NCBI RefSeq assembly: GCF_006345805.1
Contig: NC_043015.1
Span: 16,554,001 to 16,618,000, forward strand
Origin: Octopus sinensis
Lineage: Eukaryota
Direction of reading: 5' to 3'
Length of the DNA stretch: 64,000 nucleotides
Part shown: positions 49,780-62,683 of the stretch, in pieces
Layout: each line of letters opens with the position of its first letter
Position numbering within the stretch: the stretch's first letter is position 1
Program-made: the position numbers and the translations under genes
The notes under the pieces: model-generated
What the model was told of the DNA's origin: nothing
What the model saw: only the letters and a program-made list of their open reading frames with translations
The model's database searches: none

Positions 49780-50196
49780 CTGTGGTTCTCAACCATTTTT
49801 TGCCTATGGATAGGGCTGGCCCTAGAGTTGCTGGCGCCCCGGGCAAGCTGAACTTTGGCGTGTACAAGCTGACGGTCGTGGAAATTTCCTTGTCTTTGTC
49901 ACGCCTTCTTTAGCGCCTCCTAGCACATGGCGCCTCGGGCGACTGTCCGAGTTGCCGGTACCTTAAGCCGGCCCTGCCTAAGGACCCTCTGATTCTTATT
50001 TTACTCTATTGGACTCCCATAGACATTAGATGTTTTAAAAAGTCCTATTATATCTTTATAATTAAATACTATTAGGAAGTGTATAAGAGAATTGTGCATA
50101 TATTTGTATTGTAGAAGTATAACTAATTTATTGCACATAAATGTTAATAGCAAAATCTTATGTGGATCGCCAATGCACCGTGGTTGAGAACCATTG
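49780..50196. mobile_element. hAT MITE (outer)
   Basis: CTGTGGTTCTCAACC...GGTTGAGAACCATTG; TSD ATCTGTCA/ATCTACCA. Confidence 0.75.
49811..49976. mobile_element. hAT MITE (inner)
   Basis: TAGGGCTGGCC...GCCGGCCCTG; TSD CCTATGGA/CCTAAGGA. Confidence 0.85.
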
Positions 50197-51501
50197 ATCT
50201 ACCAATTTGTTAGTTTTAACGAGAATGATAATTTTATACTGCTTGACAAAAGAGGCGAAGTTCTTGCAACAAGGATAGCTAATCTTTAGCGTTCTTTTGT
50301 TGATTCTGTGATATTTACAGTCACTTGGGAAATGTCCAGATACTAAGTTTCAAAATTCTCTCCCTACATTAGTTCTAACGCTTATGCTAAATGCTGGAAT
50401 ATACCTCAAAACCTTTGTACGTCTAGTTTTACGAGACCTTCTGAGACTCCACCAATGCCTAGCGCATCATTATAATACGGGGAGGTATCGGTAAAGACTG
50501 CCTCATTCAATGACAACGAAAGAATACACTTACCAATATAGCTAATCATATTTTAAAGAATACAGGCCGGTTGATATAGAATGGCCTTTCATTAGGCTTG
50601 CGATATGGTTTTAAGTGTTAGCTCTCAAATCTAAGTTGAGACTACTAAGATTCGTGTCAACTGTAATTTTTAAACCCAATCTTTAAAAAATTTAATAAGA
50701 TTATTTCTAAAACCATCGAATTCGTACTTGTTCACTTTATAGGTGACTATAAGGCCGTCATCCCCGTATAAACCTGCATCTAAATTAGGAAATGCATAAA
50801 CACACACACACGAATACATCAATGAATATATTATAATGAGCAGGCTATAGATCTGTAATTAAATACATCCACATACAATTATACATACACATCTACACAC
50901 GTCTGTATGTATGTGTATAAATAGTGTGTTTGTGTATTCATGTGTGTATCTGGCAAAAAGCCTTCAAGGTGGGTTTCCTATAACCACAGTTGGGATTTCA
51001 GCCCAGCCTCGCCAGTGTTAATTACTTTTTGCTTCTGCAGCCACGATAGAGCACAGTTCTGGAATGGCTCCATGGTTTTCAGGACCTGCCCATATTGCAT
51101 TACAACAGGGACAACGAACTTGGAGGTCGATGTTACTGTTAATGCAGTACTGTGTTGACATATTCATTGCGATCTGAGTCTATGGGAAAATCTACGTCGG
51201 ACTATCTTGCGCTTGCCTTCCATCTGGAAAACCGAATATCAGTGTTGGAGGCGACGTTACCCTACATAGGATTTCATCAAGTTACTCTTTTGAAGACACA
51301 CGGATAGTCCTTCAGTTTCGAAAATGCAAGAGAATGCCATTTTTCTTGGTCGTTCTTGAATAATTTCCTCAGGCAAGGAGACCTTTCGTGACACACTGCT
51401 GCTAGACATTTTTGACTAGATTTGAATTACACCCACAAAATTACCAATATCATTGACACTACTTTCATTTCCCTTCTTTTTCCTATAGCAGAACGCGTGT
51501 A

Positions 51502-53447
51502 CGAGGTGGTATCAAAATGTTCCCGCATTAGTTCAGTAGCGTGTCAACAGATGGTAGCACACGGTTGCATGCACAGTAACAGCTAGCAGTAATCTTCATG
51601 CGGCAGTGTGCCGAGTGACATCGCTGTGTTTACTTCGCATGTTGTGAAATTTGTATTTTTGTGATCAGGTGTATACTGTAGTCTGCGATTTTGTCATGGA
51701 CAGGAACAAAGAACCAACGTGAAATTTTGTGTTAAACTTGGGAGCATACTTCAGCAAGCTTACGGCGACAAGACAAAGGGTCGTACGCAATGTTTCGAAT
51801 GGCACAAGTGCTTCAAAAACAAAAGAACGTCCTTAGAAGACGATGAGCGATTTGTAACGATAAATGTTTGAGTCGGATGTATCTTTTTACGATTAACGAA
51901 TCTTTGTCGAGAAGCCAAGTGCAACGTAGTTGTTACCAAAATGTAACGGGTGTGATGTTGAAGAAGAGAAAGAACAGTGATCGAATGTTGACTCTAAGTT
52001 TTATTTGCCATTACTTTATGTATAGTCACAAACGATGGCGGGCGTGTATAATATTATTGAGAGTTAGTTTTTCCTTTATAAGTGTGTACATGTTCTTGTC
52101 AGTGTAGTAGTAGGAAAAAGGAAGACAGAGTGATGTTTGTTAGAAGAAAAAGATGGGCTAGTGAAAGTGAGAGAGAGCAGAGGTAAGTTGTATCATAGCG
52201 GTTGATTGTTTGACCGTCAGCCTCCAGTGGCTGTCTGTGGTCGTCTCTGGTCACCAACTTGTATTTATAAGAATACAGACCAGCCAGAAAAAGAAATATA
52301 TCGTTTAAACAATGGATAAATTAATGTGGGTCGCTCCTTACCTATTTCAACTTTTAATGGCATAGAAGTGGTTAAAAGTTTAAGAGGAAGAGACATAAAT
52401 TGGCTTGGCAAAGCCATGTGTTGAATGTAACTCCTATCAACTATCGTTTTTCTGTGAGAAAAATGCTATTGAAATGTTAGAGGAAATTTGCCGATTCAGG
52501 TTCGAATCTACTCTATGCCCAGATGAAGTCACTACAGATCTAGAAGACCTATCATGAGAGTCATCCCCGGAAATGTGGAGAAATTCATCAGCTTGTGCAT
52601 GAGGATCGTCAAGAGGGCAATCCACGACATTGCTGATGTTGTTGCTCTGTCATATGGGTCCGTGCAGGCAATCCTAACGTTTCAATTGAACATGTAGCGT
52701 GTCTCTACCAAATTTACCCCCTCCCCGCTTGCTAACTACTAATCAGAAAGAACATCGCGTCGAAGTCTGTCAAGATCTCCGTGAACGTGCCGCTGATGAT
52801 CCATCCTTCATGTCGAGGATCATCACCGGTGACGAGAGTTGGGTCTACGGGTACGGCCCTGAGACGAAGCAGCAGTTTTCATCTCCACGACCGAAGGAGG
52901 CACAATCAAGAGCATGATCATCAGTTTGTTTTTTCAACATCCACGGTATTGTGCATCGAGAATTTGGCCCCCAGGCCCAGACCGTCAATTGAGAGTTCTA
53001 CTGTGACGTTTTGAAGAGTTTGGGGGAGGACATACGGCGAAAGTGACTGGATCTGTAGAGCGCGAAGAATTGGATTCTTCACGATAACAATGCACCGTCA
53101 CCGAGTTCTCCTCAATCATAAGTTTCTTGCCAAGAACAACATGGTATCGCTTCCTCACCCACTCTATTCGCCAGATTTAATACTTACGGGCTTCCATCCC
53201 GAAGATGAAAATAGAGCTCAAAGGTCGCCGTTTTAACACCGTTCTCAAGATCCAGAGTGAATTGCAGAAGGTCCTCGATTCGCATGCGGAAAACGGCTTC
53301 CAGACCGGATACCAAAAGTGACAGGAAAGCTGGGACCGGTGTATTGTTGCGCAAGTAACTATTTCGAAGGAGAGGATGTTAAAACTTAGGTAAATAAGTT
53401 ATTCTTTATTAAAGATATCTAGCCGGGAACTTTTTGATACCACCTCA
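51502..53447 (+). mobile_element. mariner transposon with both TIRs, interrupted by a solo LTR
   Basis: TA|CGAGGTGGTATCAAAATGTTCCCG...CGGGAACTTTTTGATACCACCTCA|TA; decayed transposase with ITGDESWVYGY, HDNAP and HPLYSPDL motifs. Confidence 0.92.
51853..52536. mobile_element. Solo LTR (684 bp), Gypsy-like
   Basis: TGTAAC...ACTACA termini, 4-bp TSD GATT/GATC; removing it restores the mariner DER(S)GRP coding context. Confidence 0.75.
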
Positions 53448-54068
53448 TATGTAAGTGTTGTTGATGTTGCTACTGTTGTTATTGTACAAGTGTCAACTAG
53501 AATAAAAATGCCAGAAAAATATTGCAGAAAAACCGGTAAATGCTGTGTAAGAAATAGGATCACGCTTGGTCGTATCGTGTAGGAAATACGATTGCACGCG
53601 GTTCTACTCTTAACGAATTATTCAAAGCCATAAAATACATACAAACGATAATAGAACATAAGTGAATTGACACAAGTCTTCTGTTGGTAGATAAATATTA
53701 TTTATTTTACATATTTTACAATCATGTGGATTCTAAGAGTTCGTAAGCGTTAGCATGTTTTGTGTCTGTGTGTTCGGGTGGCGTGAAGCATACCCAAAGG
53801 TACTGAACATAGAATTAAGAATGGCATTTAGTTTACTGTTCATAGGGCAAGATGCTGGAATCTACTCGAGAGGCTTTCAATGTTTGTATAGATTAGCGTA
53901 GCAACAGGTAGTAGCAGAGACAATCGCATATCTCTAAGTTGAGCAGCAGAGGCCTAAGTTAGTTCTTAAAAGAACTGGAACCCAAGACCTAAGTGTCTAT
54001 GAAACCCTGCTTTATATACTGTTCGGTTGGCTCACCGAACTCCAGAAAATGGAATTTTAACTGAAAGT

Positions 54069-54227
54069 CTTGATTGGCTGACTCGCAATTATGGCGCGAA
54101 ATAAGTCGAGACAATTCGCGTCACGTGTCCATCAGTGGCGCGGACTTCGTAGGGACCCTCGTGTCACATGTCAAACAGTGGCGCGAAATAAGTCGAGACA
54201 ATTCGCGTCACGTGTCAGCCAATCAAG
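54069..54227. promoter_or_regulatory. Symmetric CpG-rich module with two E2F-consensus sites, two E-boxes and two CCAAT boxes
   Basis: 14-bp IR CTTGATTGGCTGAC/GTCAGCCAATCAAG around a perfect 38-bp direct repeat TGGCGCGAAATAAGTCGAGACAATTCGCGTCACGTGTC (54092, 54179). Confidence 0.5.
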
Positions 54228-54550
54228 TTAGTGTTTAGAACAAGAACAAGTTGACCAAAAATGGTTGTAACCTCAAACGATATCATTTCTGCCTTGCCCT
54301 TCACACAGTCAAGATATTAACAATCGCTATGGTCATATCCCAAAAAAGGCTGAAATTGCCACGCTACAGCTGTAAAAAATTTAGCCTAGAAATTAGCATA
54401 AATTACAACAGGGGCTTCAGCATTTAATACATTTGGGTAAATTTTTACATTTCAAGTTTTAATCATTTTAACACATACCTCAAACTTTCTCAGTACTCAT
54501 GCTAAAGTTTCTGCCAGTTTGCCGCCTTTCTTAGTACTCGTTATTCTTTT

Positions 54551-54751
54551 CTTCTTTAGGCACAAGGTTCGAAATTTTGGGGGAGAGGGCCAGTCGATTA
54601 GATCGACCCCGGTACGCAACTGGTACTTAATTTATCGACCCCGAAAGGATAAAAGGCAAAGTCGACCTCGGCGGAATTTGAACTCAGAACGTAACGGCAG
54701 ACGAAATACCGCTAAGCATTACTCCCGGCGTGCTGACGTTTTTGCCAGCTC
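54551..54751 (-). mobile_element. tRNA-derived SINE (family A), CpG-intact
   Basis: Reverse complement of 16971-17178 with CpGs retained. Confidence 0.88.
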
Positions 54752-54887
54752 AAACAATGAACCTCCTTTAACTTCCAATTTTCTTTCTTTTTTGCATTCT
54801 TATCAAAAAAAGTAAATCTGTTCAAAGTATTATAGGTCGAAACCATATACAACAATAAACTTGGCTGAAGCAATGTTGGCTGAAGAT

Positions 54888-56804
54888 CAAAGGTTCTCAA
54901 CGGGGCATTTGGAGCAAAGGGGCACTAGGCGGCATTAAGAGACTAGGGGGGGGGGTGCTAGAAAACCCTCGTCTTTGGTAAGTTTAATTTGAAATTAACA
55001 AGTAGTAGCCATATTTTCACATCTCTGCAATAGTCAGTTTTAAAAAAAACCATACCTTTTTGTTTCAAATTTTCAAAAATTTTAAATCACTTTTTTCCAA
55101 TTTGACAACACCAAACATTTTCCTGGTACTATGTGTAACGTGTCGCTAAAGTGAAACCCCCAAAACAAAAACTAATAACAGATGAATAGTGACAGGCTAT
55201 CAAGGGGAAAAAGTCATGAATAAAAGCGAAAAGTTGAATGTGTGTGTGTATTTGTGTGCAAATATATAAAGAATGGTGGTCAGAATTTTGGCTCAAACTG
55301 GCTTTTGGGAGTGAATTTTTTTGTTTGCATGCCTTCTCAATTTTATTCATATTTTGCATGTACTTTTTTCTTTTCTTTTTCTCCATCACTTTGAAACTAT
55401 ATTGTGACATATACACACGCACACACCTTTCGTCACAGCCTGGCCTTGCGCACGCATTGCTACACGCACACAAATGCTATCTCTGTCGCATTCATGCACC
55501 ACACATACCTTTCTCGCTTGCTTTTCTTGTTCCATGCGCCCTTGTAGACACAACTCATCTCTAAAACCCTAGGTCGGTCACGCAAACATAAAGAAACTTG
55601 TTTGTCCTTCACAACGCGCCAGCATGCCGCATTTTTGTTCCTGCACGATCGAGACATATGCACAACAAAGCCTAATGGTGTGAATTTTCTAAAACTCCTT
55701 TAGGGACAAACGGTTTTCACAATGAATTCCAATTTAATTGGAATATACATGATCTGAAGCATATTTGTAGAAAAGAAATATTTAATTTTCTGAAGGTTAT
55801 GAAGAAGCAAATCTTTGGGGCACAATTGTGTAGAAATATAACTCGGTTAAAATGTATGTGTGTGTTTGTATATATTTGTATGTTTCTATACGCATTTATA
55901 CGTGTATAAGTTTCAGGAGATATTAGAATAATGGAATAAAAGTCAGTCATAATAAGAGATCTCTCAAAAATCTATTTTCTTAATTTCTAACTACTGTTTC
56001 TGGCATACATATTTACGCGATTTTGATTTTGAAGTATTTAAGAAGTTATTTGGAAATTATAAAGAGAAACGAATGGTAGATTTGGACTGTCCATATTTTA
56101 AAACCACGAATTAAAAAAAAAAATTGGTGTGTCAATTTTTTTCTCCAGAAATTCATGGATTCATAGGAATAAGCGTGGAAAACTGCATCAAGATAACCAA
56201 TTTTCAGATTTTTTACTTCCTTTTTAAAAAAATGCAGATTTTGTGAATGAAACAAACTACATCCTCAATACGAAATGAATGTTTAATTTTCAAATTTTCA
56301 GATATTTTACGTCATTTTAAAAAGGGACTGATTTTGAGACTCAAACTAACTAGATCCAAGTGCAGTGAATAATTTCTATCAAATACACTCTTTCTTGAGG
56401 ATAAAAAATCCTCTTCTCGGGTGACAATAACTTGTATGTCAAATTATTTCACAAGTTCTAGCTGTTTTGATATGGGAAATCGGAAAGGTTTGAAATGATT
56501 TCATCGGCATTTACTTGTACCAAAGAGCACTCTCTCGATAAACAACACGTTGATCTCATAAGTGACGCGTTGTGGAAAGAAATGCAATTACCAAATTTTC
56601 TATTCATTTCTTTGTTTTTTTACATTTCAGTTTGTATATCTGTACTCCCGACTGCAAACAAGCGCATATGTAAATCATTATCTGCTGATATCAAAATAAG
56701 TGGTATATTTAAAAAAATAAAAATTTATTCTTGGGTGGGGGGGAGCATTTGTGACCTCAATGGTCAAAAGGGGGCCTTTGGCCAAAATGGGTTGAAAACC
56801 TTTG
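54888..56804 (-). mobile_element. Old hAT (Charlie/Buster-like) relic
   Basis: Ends CAAAGGTTCTCAAC / GTTGAAAACCTTTG; faint minus-strand transposase echoes (KIGYLDAVF near 56190; C.L.RE.AL-like near 56530); flanks do not form a clean TSD. Confidence 0.5.
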
Positions 56805-57681
56805 TACTAGATGACAACTAGATTAAAAAGGCTTTGTTTAAACCAAGCCTTTTTTACGTACTTCGGAATGAGCGAAAGACAGCCCAAATCAAAGATAGTA
56901 TGACACCGTTGGTCTTCAGGAAGGGAACAGTGAAACACTCACTGCAAGCTATTGTAAATACAGAAGAATTACTATGCGGGAATTTTTTTGTGAAATGCTT
57001 TAATTGTATGGAAAGATAACGAATGCTAGAAATTCCCGGTTGCGAGATTGACTAATTGTCGTTGTTAATATTGTTTTTGTGGTGTTATAAAAGTCATTAG
57101 CTTTAGAAATGTACTCACATATGTTGTTGTCTGCGTGAATGTCACTTTATTCTTTTCAAAATGTGTACTTTGGCGTAAGATATTTTTGTTTTCTCTTGTT
57201 TTCGTTTGTTTTCTTTTTTAAATCTTTTTTTTAATATCCATAAAAACTCAGTAAGAATGAAGAAACAGTTTTCTTCGTAAATGAAGGGGTCTTTTTCTTC
57301 CCCAGAACAGTGGAAAATTGCTTGTCACGGTATATGTCCATATGTTAAGTTTCGAAGATATTTAAAAAGAGCCACTTTAAATAGAAAAAAAAATGAAAAT
57401 GTTTTCCTTCGTATTTTTCTGGGCAGATAGTTTAAGTTTTACTTATTTTCTAATAAGTCGATCTAATTTTTTTTTAACTGTTCAAATCCATCATTATGTA
57501 TTGAAAATAATAAATGGAAGGGAGGTTGTTGACTGATGAGATGATGACTGGTTTAGTTAATGAACGGAGATGCTTTTTCTGGGACTGCGTGAAGAAGTAA
57601 CCGACAACACCAGCGAACATTTAACAGATTTTATTATTGTACATAGAGTTAAACTGTGTTGGTCTTTTACAAATAACAACG

Positions 57682-59212
57682 ACAACAAGAACACTCAGAG
57701 AGCACGTCCTCGTTTCTTTATTGTCCACAAGGGGTTAAATATAGAGGTTTGACAATACAAAACATAAAATCGGGGAAATAAAAAATATAAAAAAGAAATC
57801 GAGCAAAGAAGAAAAGATAAAAGAAACGAATGAAATTATGAATAATAATAAAATGAGGCGTAATTTTCACTCGATTTCCGAAGTCGAGTGGTTACATTTA
57901 GACCTGATTTTGGAGTTTTTCCTGGGGTTTTTTTTCTTTTTTTTAAGAAAACAAAAAGTTCACATTTTCATCATAATTTTTTTTTATATATTGTTCATAT
58001 TACATTTAATATTTTTTCCTTGAAATTTTCAAACTTTGCATGTTCCACCATGGCGGCATTGCATTATACAACACCGGCCTGTCAACCATAGTCACCAATT
58101 CACCATAAGAATCCATGAACGCCTCGTATCTTTCGTCGTTCAATAGAACACATCTTTCATTCTCCTCGAAATTCTCCCTGGACAGCTCCACCCCCACGAA
58201 ACCCCTCCACCTCTGCATAGTAAACCATAAATCGCTTATGCTTGTATTCTTCCTCTCTTGGTTCCGTTTCCACCGCATGCGCACGCCCAAGTCTAGGCGG
58301 CTCCCCACCTCCCTTGGGCGCCCTCTCCGCTTCTGCCGCCGGTTCTCGCGAGTGCCCCCTTGACCTCGCTCTCCTCCTTTTGGGGACAAAAACCCGCCAC
58401 TCCCTTCCCCTGCCTCCCTTGATCCGTCTTCCCTCGTTCCTCCCCCCCCCGTTCCTCTCCGCTTCGATCCCTTCCTCCATCTCCACAGTCCTTCCACTCT
58501 GAGGATGCTCGTGCTTGGGGCACTGCGTTCCCATGTGACCTCTCCCACCACATTGGTAACAATTGGGTCGACGATCCTCCACAACTACTTTAAGAGAACT
58601 CCCCATCCCGCAATCTCCACTTGGTAGGGGACTCCTTCCATGTCCTCGAATGCAGCAAAAATCCACATCTCAATACCGCATCCCCACCAGTTCAACACGT
58701 TCGCTCCTCTCACTGGTCCCAACTCTGGATCGTCCCCGGTGGAAGCCAAAATAGCTGCTACCAACCACTTCGTCTCTATTTCTGGTGGCACCCCTCCTAC
58801 TCGAACACCGTGCCCGCCCCCACACATGGGCAGCAGCGTTACCTTGTCAGAAGGCAGAAAAGTGGTGGAATGTGAGGCCGCCTCCTCCCTGGTGGCAAAC
58901 CTCCATCGCGCTGTATCTTCCACTCACAAATGTTGCCTCCTTCACTAGGACTCCCAGACACTCCTCGACATCATCCTCTGACAAGATCTCCACTTTGTTG
59001 GTGGCGACCGCCTGCGTGCGACACACCTCCGTCCCATCGCTCCTGTCGCTGACTGTTTCGTCTGGAGGGACCAGCCCTACAGTGTCTCCCTCTCCCTGCA
59101 CAAACTGCTCGCCTCCCACTACCTCTTCCATGTCCACTTTTAACTGAATTGCTTCCAGCGGACAGTCTCAAAAAGACAACCCTCCTCAATCAAACCGTGG
59201 TCACAAATGACT
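57682..59212 (-). mobile_element. gag/ORF1-only element, unit 1 (coding relic 58006-59131)
   Basis: Frameshifted ORF with VEECL, RFATREEAASHST..L, WLVAAIL, CYQCGGRGHMGTQC knuckle; 3' AATAAA; flanked by CAAATAACAACG at 57670-57681 and 59213-59224. Confidence 0.8.
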
Positions 59213-59224
59213 CAAATAACAACG

Positions 59225-60855
59225 TCTTTATTTCTTTTATTAAGCACATGGCTCTTGTATAGAGGGGACAATACAAGGACATACAAAACAATACAATGGG
59301 GTACATAAAAACACATATCGTATGAAATTATGGCTACAATGAAAAATGAGGATGGAATGACTTACCTGCCCCCCCCCCCAGCAGTTTCATTTTACTGTTT
59401 TTATATAACGTTTTACGAACAGTTCAATATTATGTCTTGTTTCCCCCCCCTTTTTTTTTCCTTTTCTTTTAAAATTTACACAAAGTCACCAATTATTCAG
59501 TTCTTAAATTTCCTCACCCTCATTTACACTAAATACTCCGTTAAGTCTTCAAATGCCACCACCGGCGGCAATTCATCAAAACGATACTGTACCGGTGTCA
59601 CTTCTAACTTTTCACCAAACATTTCCTTTAACCTCTCTCTCTCTCTTTCCAGCAGAAAAGCTTTCAAACCTACATTGTTCTCATTGGATGGCAATTTAAT
59701 TCTAATTACATTCTTCATTTTCGCAATCTTTTTTCTATCTCTACACTTTTTGTGTATTGTATCATATTTCTTACTTGTTTTCCTTTCGGTGTCTCTCTCT
59801 GTTTTTCTTCGCCAATCTCTTCTGCTGTTGCTGGTATTTCTATCTCTGTATGTCTCTCTTTATTGTTATCATTTCTCTTTCATCTTCCTTTCTCCTCCGT
59901 GCTGGTTGTTGGTAACGGTCTATGTTTTCGCTCTTCGACTTTGTCACTTACTTTTGTTGGCCTTTCAATTTTTCTCTGCTCGTTCACTTTTCCTTGTTTC
60001 ACGCTCTGCGTCTCCTCTCCGTTTCCCTTTCTTTTCTTCCTAGGACTTTTTGGTGGTGAGTCCGCGTTACTCTTCTTCCTCGTCGCCACAAACTGATGTG
60101 GACCATCACCTCAAGGCCGTATCCCCAATAGTTTACCTTCGAAGTTCTTGTGATTTGAAGTGTTTTATTTTCCTCTTCTGTATTATAGAGGATGGCTGCC
60201 ACCAGCCACGCCTCGTCAATTTCTGAGGGCATTCTACCAATCCTAAATCTAGCCACACGTTTGCCACAGTAGGTTGGTAGCAGTACCTACTCAGTTGATC
60301 TCAAAGGCACAGTGGAGTGTTTAATCGCTTCTTGTACACTCGCGAAGCGTACCTCCAGTGTGCCATATTTCTTTCCTCTGGTGTAATACGTAGTTAGGCT
60401 TTTGATTTCTTTCAAGCATTCTTCGACTGCCTCCGCTGCAGCTATTTCAACTCTTTTTGTAGCGATAGACAGTGTTCCGTATATTATTGTCCTTTTTTTT
60501 TCCATAATTTTCTTGGGCGGCGTCAGCCTCAGGCTCTCTCCCTCCTTTCGTAACAACTCATTATATTTCTTAAAATTTGTGTCGTTCAGTCGAATTTCTC
60601 TTACTTGCAGGATATCTGCCGTTAGACTATCCCCAGTTACTGCAGCGTAACTGCCTGCTGGAACTGGTTGACTTTCCATAATGTTATTCACAACTTCACC
60701 CATAAATGGGGAAGAAAATAAAAGTTCACAGGTAACAATAAATTTAACAATCCAATAATATAACAATTAGGTGCGGTAGACCTTCAATTTAAACAACAAC
60801 AAGACTCACATGAAGCGAACACATCAAATGCAACAGGGAATCAAATGACTCAACT
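59225..60855 (-). mobile_element. gag/ORF1-only element, unit 2 (coding relic 59524-60703)
   Basis: MGEVVNNIMES...SYAAV...VEECL...RFASVQEAIKHST...WLVAAIL; knuckle region deleted; C-terminus YRFDELPPVVAFEDLTEYLV; 3' AATAAA. Confidence 0.82.
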
Positions 60856-60867
60856 ACAACACCAACG

Positions 60868-62683
60868 CCCTGATTTCTTTTATTAGGCACAAGGCTCTTA
60901 TAAAGATTGGACAATACAAAGACAAAACAATACAGAGGGGTACACAAAACCTATAACGGATGAAATTATGAATAAATGATAAATGAGATGAAATGGCTTG
61001 CCTGCCCCCACCCCAAGCAGGCAGTTCCATTTTACTGTTTATATATCACACAGTTCATTATTCTTGTTTTTCCATCATTTTTTTTTAAAGTCCTTATTTA
61101 AAAAATTTCACTTTCCATTTATATTAAATATTCCATTATGTCCTCGAATGCCACCACCGTTGGCAACTCATTAAATCGAAACTGCAACGGTAATATTTCT
61201 ATCATTTCCCTGAAATGTTCCTTCAACCTTTCACACCTCTCTTTTACAAGCAAGACTGCATTAACTCCTTCATTGCACTCCCTGGGCGCCAAATTCACCC
61301 TAATTACATTTTTTATTTTCGTTATCTTTTTTCAATTTCCACATTTTTTCTGTACTCTATCATTGTTCTTAATTGTTTCCCTTCAGTGTTACTTTCTGAT
61401 TTCCATTACTAATCTCTTCTGCTGTTATTGGTATTTCCATCTCTTTTTTCTCTGCTTGTCTCTCGCTCGATGTTGTTATCATTTCTCTTCTATCTTCCCT
61501 GTCCTTGCTGGTATTGCTCTCTGTTTTCTCTCTTTGTGTTTCTCGCTTAATTTTGCCGACATCTCGTTTCTTTTCTTCTCGCTCACTTTTCCTCCTTTTG
61601 GTAACCCTTGTCTCTCCTCTACACTTTCTTTACTTTTCTTCATGGCACTCTTTGTGGTGAGTCCGCGTTTTCTTGTCTTTTCTTCCTCTTCACCACTGTG
61701 TATCTTTCTTCCATATTTTCCACTGGCCTCTGCTCCTCTATGCTTTGCACGTCTACCGCTTCTTACTGTTCCATCTCCGTCACCTTCTCTTCGTGTTTCT
61801 GGTGACATTTAACTTTCATTGGTCCCCTTACTCCACATAGAAAACATACAGGCGATCTTCCTTCCACCACAATTCTTAACCTTGTTTCGTCTGGCAGTAC
61901 CAGTTCTTCCGCAATCTTGTGGAAGTCTGGCAAGCTTATATGGACCGATACCTCTAGTCTATACCCCAACAAGTTCACCTCTGTATTTCTCGATATTTTC
62001 AATATTTCGGTGTCCTCCTCTGTATTGTAAGGATGGCTGCCACCAGCCACGCCTCATCAATTTCTGGGGAGCACTCTACCTATTCTTACTCTACAGTAAG
62101 TCGGTAGTAGTGTCCACTCAGCTGATTTCAAAGGCACAGTGGAGTATTTTCTCGCTTCTTCTTCACGTACGAAGCGTACCTCCACTGTGCTGTATTTCCT
62201 TCTTCTGGTGTAGTACGCCGTTACATTCTTAACTTCTCTCGGGTATTCCTCGACCGCCTTCTTTGCTGCTATTTCCACATTTTTCGTTGCAATATTCAAC
62301 GTTCTGTATACTATTGTTTTCTTCTCCGTTTTTTCTATCACTTCCTTGGGAGGCATCAACCTCATGCTATCTCCCTCCTTTCTCAATAAATCATTATATT
62401 TCTTGAAGTTTTTCTCCTTCAATTCAACTTCTCTAACTTGCAGTACCTCTGCTGACAGGCTTTTGCCAGTCACCGCAGCATAACTGCCCGCTTGCACTGG
62501 TGTACCTTCCATAACAATATTGTTCACAACTTCACCCATAAATGGGGAAGAAAATTTAAAAAACCCGGTAACAAGTTCAACAATTTTAGGTAACAACAAT
62601 CCAACAATTCAGTAAATAACAGTTTAACACTAACAGTACTCATATGGAGCGTATACACTTCAAACTCAAATACAACACTAATG
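60868..62683 (-). mobile_element. gag/ORF1-only element, unit 3 (coding relic 61119-62539)
   Basis: MGEVVNNIVMEG...SYAAV...RFVREEEARKYST, CFLCGVRG(P)MKVKC knuckle, FRFNELPTVVAFEDIMEYLI; flanked by ACAACACCAACG at 60856-60867 and 62684-62695. Confidence 0.82.

Noticed and set aside
51000-51420. Possible Gypsy pol remnant on the minus strand
   Set aside because: Only vague similarity; no diagnostic RT motif could be recovered by eye.
59330-61812. Long plus-strand F/L/S-rich ORFs (59330-60043, 61138-61812)
   Set aside because: Antisense shadows of the purine-rich K/R/E linker of the minus-strand gag-like units.
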